Positions 21,522-24,000 of a stretch of DNA of 24,000 nt are shown here, one piece after another. The notes beneath the pieces were generated by a model. It made no database searches. It saw only the letters and a list, made by a program, of their open reading frames with translations, and was not told the origin of the DNA. The stretch covers positions 130,359 to 154,358 of the forward strand of contig NZ_FTNT01000002.1 in the NCBI RefSeq assembly GCF_900156495.1. The letters run 5' to 3'. Position 1 is the first letter of the stretch, and each line of letters starts with the position of its first letter. The stretch is from Williamsia sterculiae. GTDB taxonomy: Bacteria; Actinomycetota; Actinomycetes; Mycobacteriales; Mycobacteriaceae. Both the position numbers and the translations under genes were made by a program.

Positions 21522-24000
21522 CCACCATGGGTGTGGCACCAGCGACTCGTGCGGACACCACGCGCGCCTTCACCGATCCCGGGGACGTGGACGTCGACGA
21601 CGTCGGCGGCAAGGGTTTCGGGCTCATCGAGATGACGCGGGGCGGGTTGCGGGTACCACCGGGTTTCGTCATCTCCACCACCGAGTGTCACCGATTCCTC
21701 GACACGGGCGAGTTGGCACCGGAACTGCTCTCCCGGCTGCGCTCTCGGCTCACCGACCTCGAGGCCACCACCGGGAAATCCTTCGGCGGCGGCCCCCTGC
21801 CATTGCTGCTGTCGGTGCGCTCCGGTGCCCCGATATCGATGCCGGGGATGATGGACACGGTGCTCGACCTGGGCATCAGCAGAACCTCCGCTGTTGCGCT
21901 GGCCGAGGTGACCGGAGACAACCGCTTCATGGCCGACGTGGTCTTCCGTTTCCACGGTATGTACGCCGAGACGGTGCTCGACGCCTTCGACATCCCCGAC
22001 CACGAGCGGCTCACCGACGTCCTCGCAGAGCTTGCCGACGACACGTCAGCCGAGGACGTCTTCGACGCGGTCTGGTCGTACTGCGCGGACCAGCTCGCCA
22101 CCGACGGTGACGCTCGGGTGCCCACCGACCCGATGGACCAGTTGGTCGGCGCGATCGAGGCTGTGTTCCGGTCGTGGAACACCCGGCGAGCAGTCACCTA
22201 TCGTGAGCTCCACGAGATCCCTCACGACATCGGTACCGCGGTGGTCATCCAGTCGATGGCTTTCGGCAACCTCGACGCCAACAGTGGCGCCGGCGTGGTT
22301 TTCACCCGTAATCCGGCGACCGGTGAACCCGGCATGTTCGGTGAGTACCTCGAGGCCAGCCAGGGCGAGGACGTGGTCGCGGGGGTACGGACTCCCGACC
22401 CGGTGCACACGATGTCGGACAAGGTCCCGCAGGCGTATGCCGAACTGGTGGAGACATGTGCGGAGATGGAGCACAAGCGCAAGGACATGCTCGACATCGA
22501 GTTCACGGTGGAGCGTGGCACGTTGTACCTGCTGCAGGTGCGCAGTGCCAAACGTACTGCGCGCGCGGCGATCCGCATCGCCGCGGACATGTACGACGAG
22601 AACATCCTCGATGCACGGGCTGCGGTGACCTCGGTGTCTCCGGAGCAGATACGCAATGTGCAGCGACCGGGTTTCGAACCAGGCGAGCTCGCCACCGCCA
22701 GAGCGGACGGGCGGGTGGTCGCCTGCGGTGTGGGTGCCTCACCCGGCCAGGTGGTCGGTGAGTTGTACCTCGACTCCGAGGCTGCGCAGTCGGCGGCACA
22801 GGACGGTCGACGGGTCATCCTGGCCCGCCCGGTGACCAGCCCGACCGACCTGCACGGGATGATCGCCGCGGACGGAATCGTCACCGCCACCGGCGGTTCG
22901 ACATCCCACGCAGCAGTTGTGGCTCGCGCCCTGGGAACCACGTGCATCGTGGGATGTGCCGCACTGCAGATCGATCCGTCCATGGGGACCATGACCGTCG
23001 GCGACCGGACGTGGAAGTCCGGGGACACGGTGAGTCTCGACGGCTCGACCGGGGAGGTGATCGACGGTGCGATCGGTCTGGTCGACGGAGCCGCCGGGGA
23101 CGGTGGAGATCTGGCCCGGCTGTTGGACATCGCCGCGCGCACGGCCGCCGACGAGAGGATCCTCGGCCGCGCACACACCGTCGACCAGGTGGCGGAGGTG
23201 CTCGAGCGCGGTGCTGACGGTGTGGTGTCGGCGGTCGACGACGTCCTGATCACCGTGGGGCAGATGGAGTCCGTCATCACCGATCTGGAGCAGGGGCAGG
23301 AGTTGGCGACCGCGGCCGCGACGCTGGAGACGGCCATCGCGGAGACCTTCGCTCCGCTGTTCACTGCGGCCGGCGACACCGAATTCGATGTTCGTGGGCT
23401 CGATTTCCATGCCGACGACGTCGCTGAGGTGTTCGCGGTCACCAACCTGCTCGCGATCCACCCGCAAGTGGCCATGCCGCTGGGATCGACGGAGCTGGTG
23501 ACGGCGCAACTGCGTGGCCTGGCGCGCGCCGCCGAGGGCACGGCCGTCAGGGTGTGCTTCGTCAGCCCGCGCACCAGCGGTCCGTTGGAGGCGCGTGCTC
23601 TCCGAGAACTTCGTGATCGGCTTGGTGTAGCGATCTCCGTCGGCTGCTATGTGACCAACACCCAGGGCGTGTTGAGCCTATCCGACATCGCCGCCGAGGT
23701 GGACCACGTCTGGCTCGAACTGCAACGTCTGCAGGCAGCGACCTACGGGATACAGCCGAGGCATCTACTGTCCGCTGAGCCATTGGACGGGTACGTACGC
23801 GACAACCTGATCGACATCGACCCCCGCAAACAGATCAGCCCATTCGTCGAGCACCTCATCGATGATGCTCTGACGCAGTTGGAGAACCCGGCACACCTCC
23901 GTATCCGGTTGGCCGGACGCGTCTCCGAGGCCACGATCGGCGCGTTGCGGGACAAGGGCGTCCGGACCTACGCGGTGGCCTCGGATGAGATCCGGCCCGC
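21518..24000 (+). CDS. Pyruvate,phosphate dikinase-like protein (ATP-grasp + His-swivel + divergent C-terminal barrel), 3' end outside window
   Basis: It is absent from the supplied track because no stop occurs before the window end; I translated it codon by codon. The start is ATG 21518 or 21527. The PPDK_N region reads VGGKGFGLIEMTRGGLRVPPGFVISTTEC, LLSVRSGAPISMPGMMDTVLDLG, VVIQSMAFGN, GVVFTRNP.TGE, GEDVVAGVRTP and DIEFTVERGTLYLLQVRSAKRT. The swivel region reads ASPGQVVGELY...VILARPVTSPTDLHGMIAADGIVTATGGSTSHAAVVARALGTTCIVG. A long antisense shadow ORF lies at 22222..23574. Confidence 0.9.
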   Translation, partial: MTTMGVAPATRADTTRAFTDPGDVDVDDVGGKGFGLIEMTRGGLRVPPGFVISTTECHRFLDTGELAPELLSRLRSRLTDLEATTGKSFGGGPLPLLLSVRSGAPISMPGMMDTVLDLGISRTSAVALAEVTGDNRFMADVVFRFHGMYAETVLDAFDIPDHERLTDVLAELADDTSAEDVFDAVWSYCADQLATDGDARVPTDPMDQLVGAIEAVFRSWNTRRAVTYRELHEIPHDIGTAVVIQSMAFGNLDANSGAGVVFTRNPATGEPGMFGEYLEASQGEDVVAGVRTPDPVHTMSDKVPQAYAELVETCAEMEHKRKDMLDIEFTVERGTLYLLQVRSAKRTARAAIRIAADMYDENILDARAAVTSVSPEQIRNVQRPGFEPGELATARADGRVVACGVGASPGQVVGELYLDSEAAQSAAQDGRRVILARPVTSPTDLHGMIAADGIVTATGGSTSHAAVVARALGTTCIVGCAALQIDPSMGTMTVGDRTWKSGDTVSLDGSTGEVIDGAIGLVDGAAGDGGDLARLLDIAARTAADERILGRAHTVDQVAEVLERGADGVVSAVDDVLITVGQMESVITDLEQGQELATAAATLETAIAETFAPLFTAAGDTEFDVRGLDFHADDVAEVFAVTNLLAIHPQVAMPLGSTELVTAQLRGLARAAEGTAVRVCFVSPRTSGPLEARALRELRDRLGVAISVGCYVTNTQGVLSLSDIAAEVDHVWLELQRLQAATYGIQPRHLLSAEPLDGYVRDNLIDIDPRKQISPFVEHLIDDALTQLENPAHLRIRLAGRVSEATIGALRDKGVRTYAVASDEIRP

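Noticed and set aside
1-24000. Scanned for tRNA/rRNA genes, CRISPR repeats, IS elements, terminal inverted repeats, integrases, toxin-antitoxin pairs and known defence-system hallmarks.
   Set aside because: I recognised none. There are no regularly spaced direct repeats, no transposase- or recombinase-like ORFs and no tRNA-like T-arm motifs outside coding frames. The window looks like core and metabolic chromosome rather than a mobile island.

Overview
GC-rich actinobacterial chromosome segment, most consistent with a mycolic-acid-containing member of the Mycobacteriales (Gordonia/Rhodococcus/Nocardia/Mycobacterium-like). The basis is the rpmF-mprA-mprB-pepD-moaB2 gene order known from Mycobacterium tuberculosis plus two MspA-type outer-membrane porin genes. 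I saw no tRNA/rRNA, CRISPR array, transposase or integrase.

Layout:
(1) 21-5035: L32, the MprAB envelope-stress two-component system, HtrA-like protease PepD and a MoaB/Mog-like protein. Direct-repeat candidate MprA boxes lie upstream of both mprA and pepD.
(2) 5100-7090: a small ORF, a long lower-GC leader, and two tandem MspA-family porin genes closed by a perfect 16-bp hairpin.
(3) 7130-13140: accessory and envelope genes. These are a TetR regulator divergent from a CalA/LIP-type secreted lipase, a membrane protein, a membrane-anchored esterase-D-type hydrolase, a GGCT-like protein, a HAD hydrolase and small ORFs.
(4) 13153-15654: an HTH+Clp_N protein with tandem palindromic operators and an apparent leaderless promoter. 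It is divergent from an AcoR/NtrC-like (Fis HTH) regulator whose AAA+ core looks degenerate.
(5) 15813-18801: aldehyde dehydrogenase and acyl-CoA ligase.
(6) 18934-24000: the most interesting part. It is a tightly packed cluster encoding a stand-alone phosphohistidine swivel-domain protein, two proteins I cannot assign to any family (478 aa and 206 aa), and a full-length pyruvate-phosphate-dikinase-like protein. That last ORF runs off the window end and is therefore missing from the supplied ORF track. It keeps the ATP-grasp and His-swivel motifs, but its C-terminal PEP/pyruvate domain appears to have lost the canonical catalytic motifs.

I read (6) as a candidate uncharacterised ATP-dependent phosphoryl-relay or substrate-activating system. 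All functional calls come from motif recognition by eye, with no database search.
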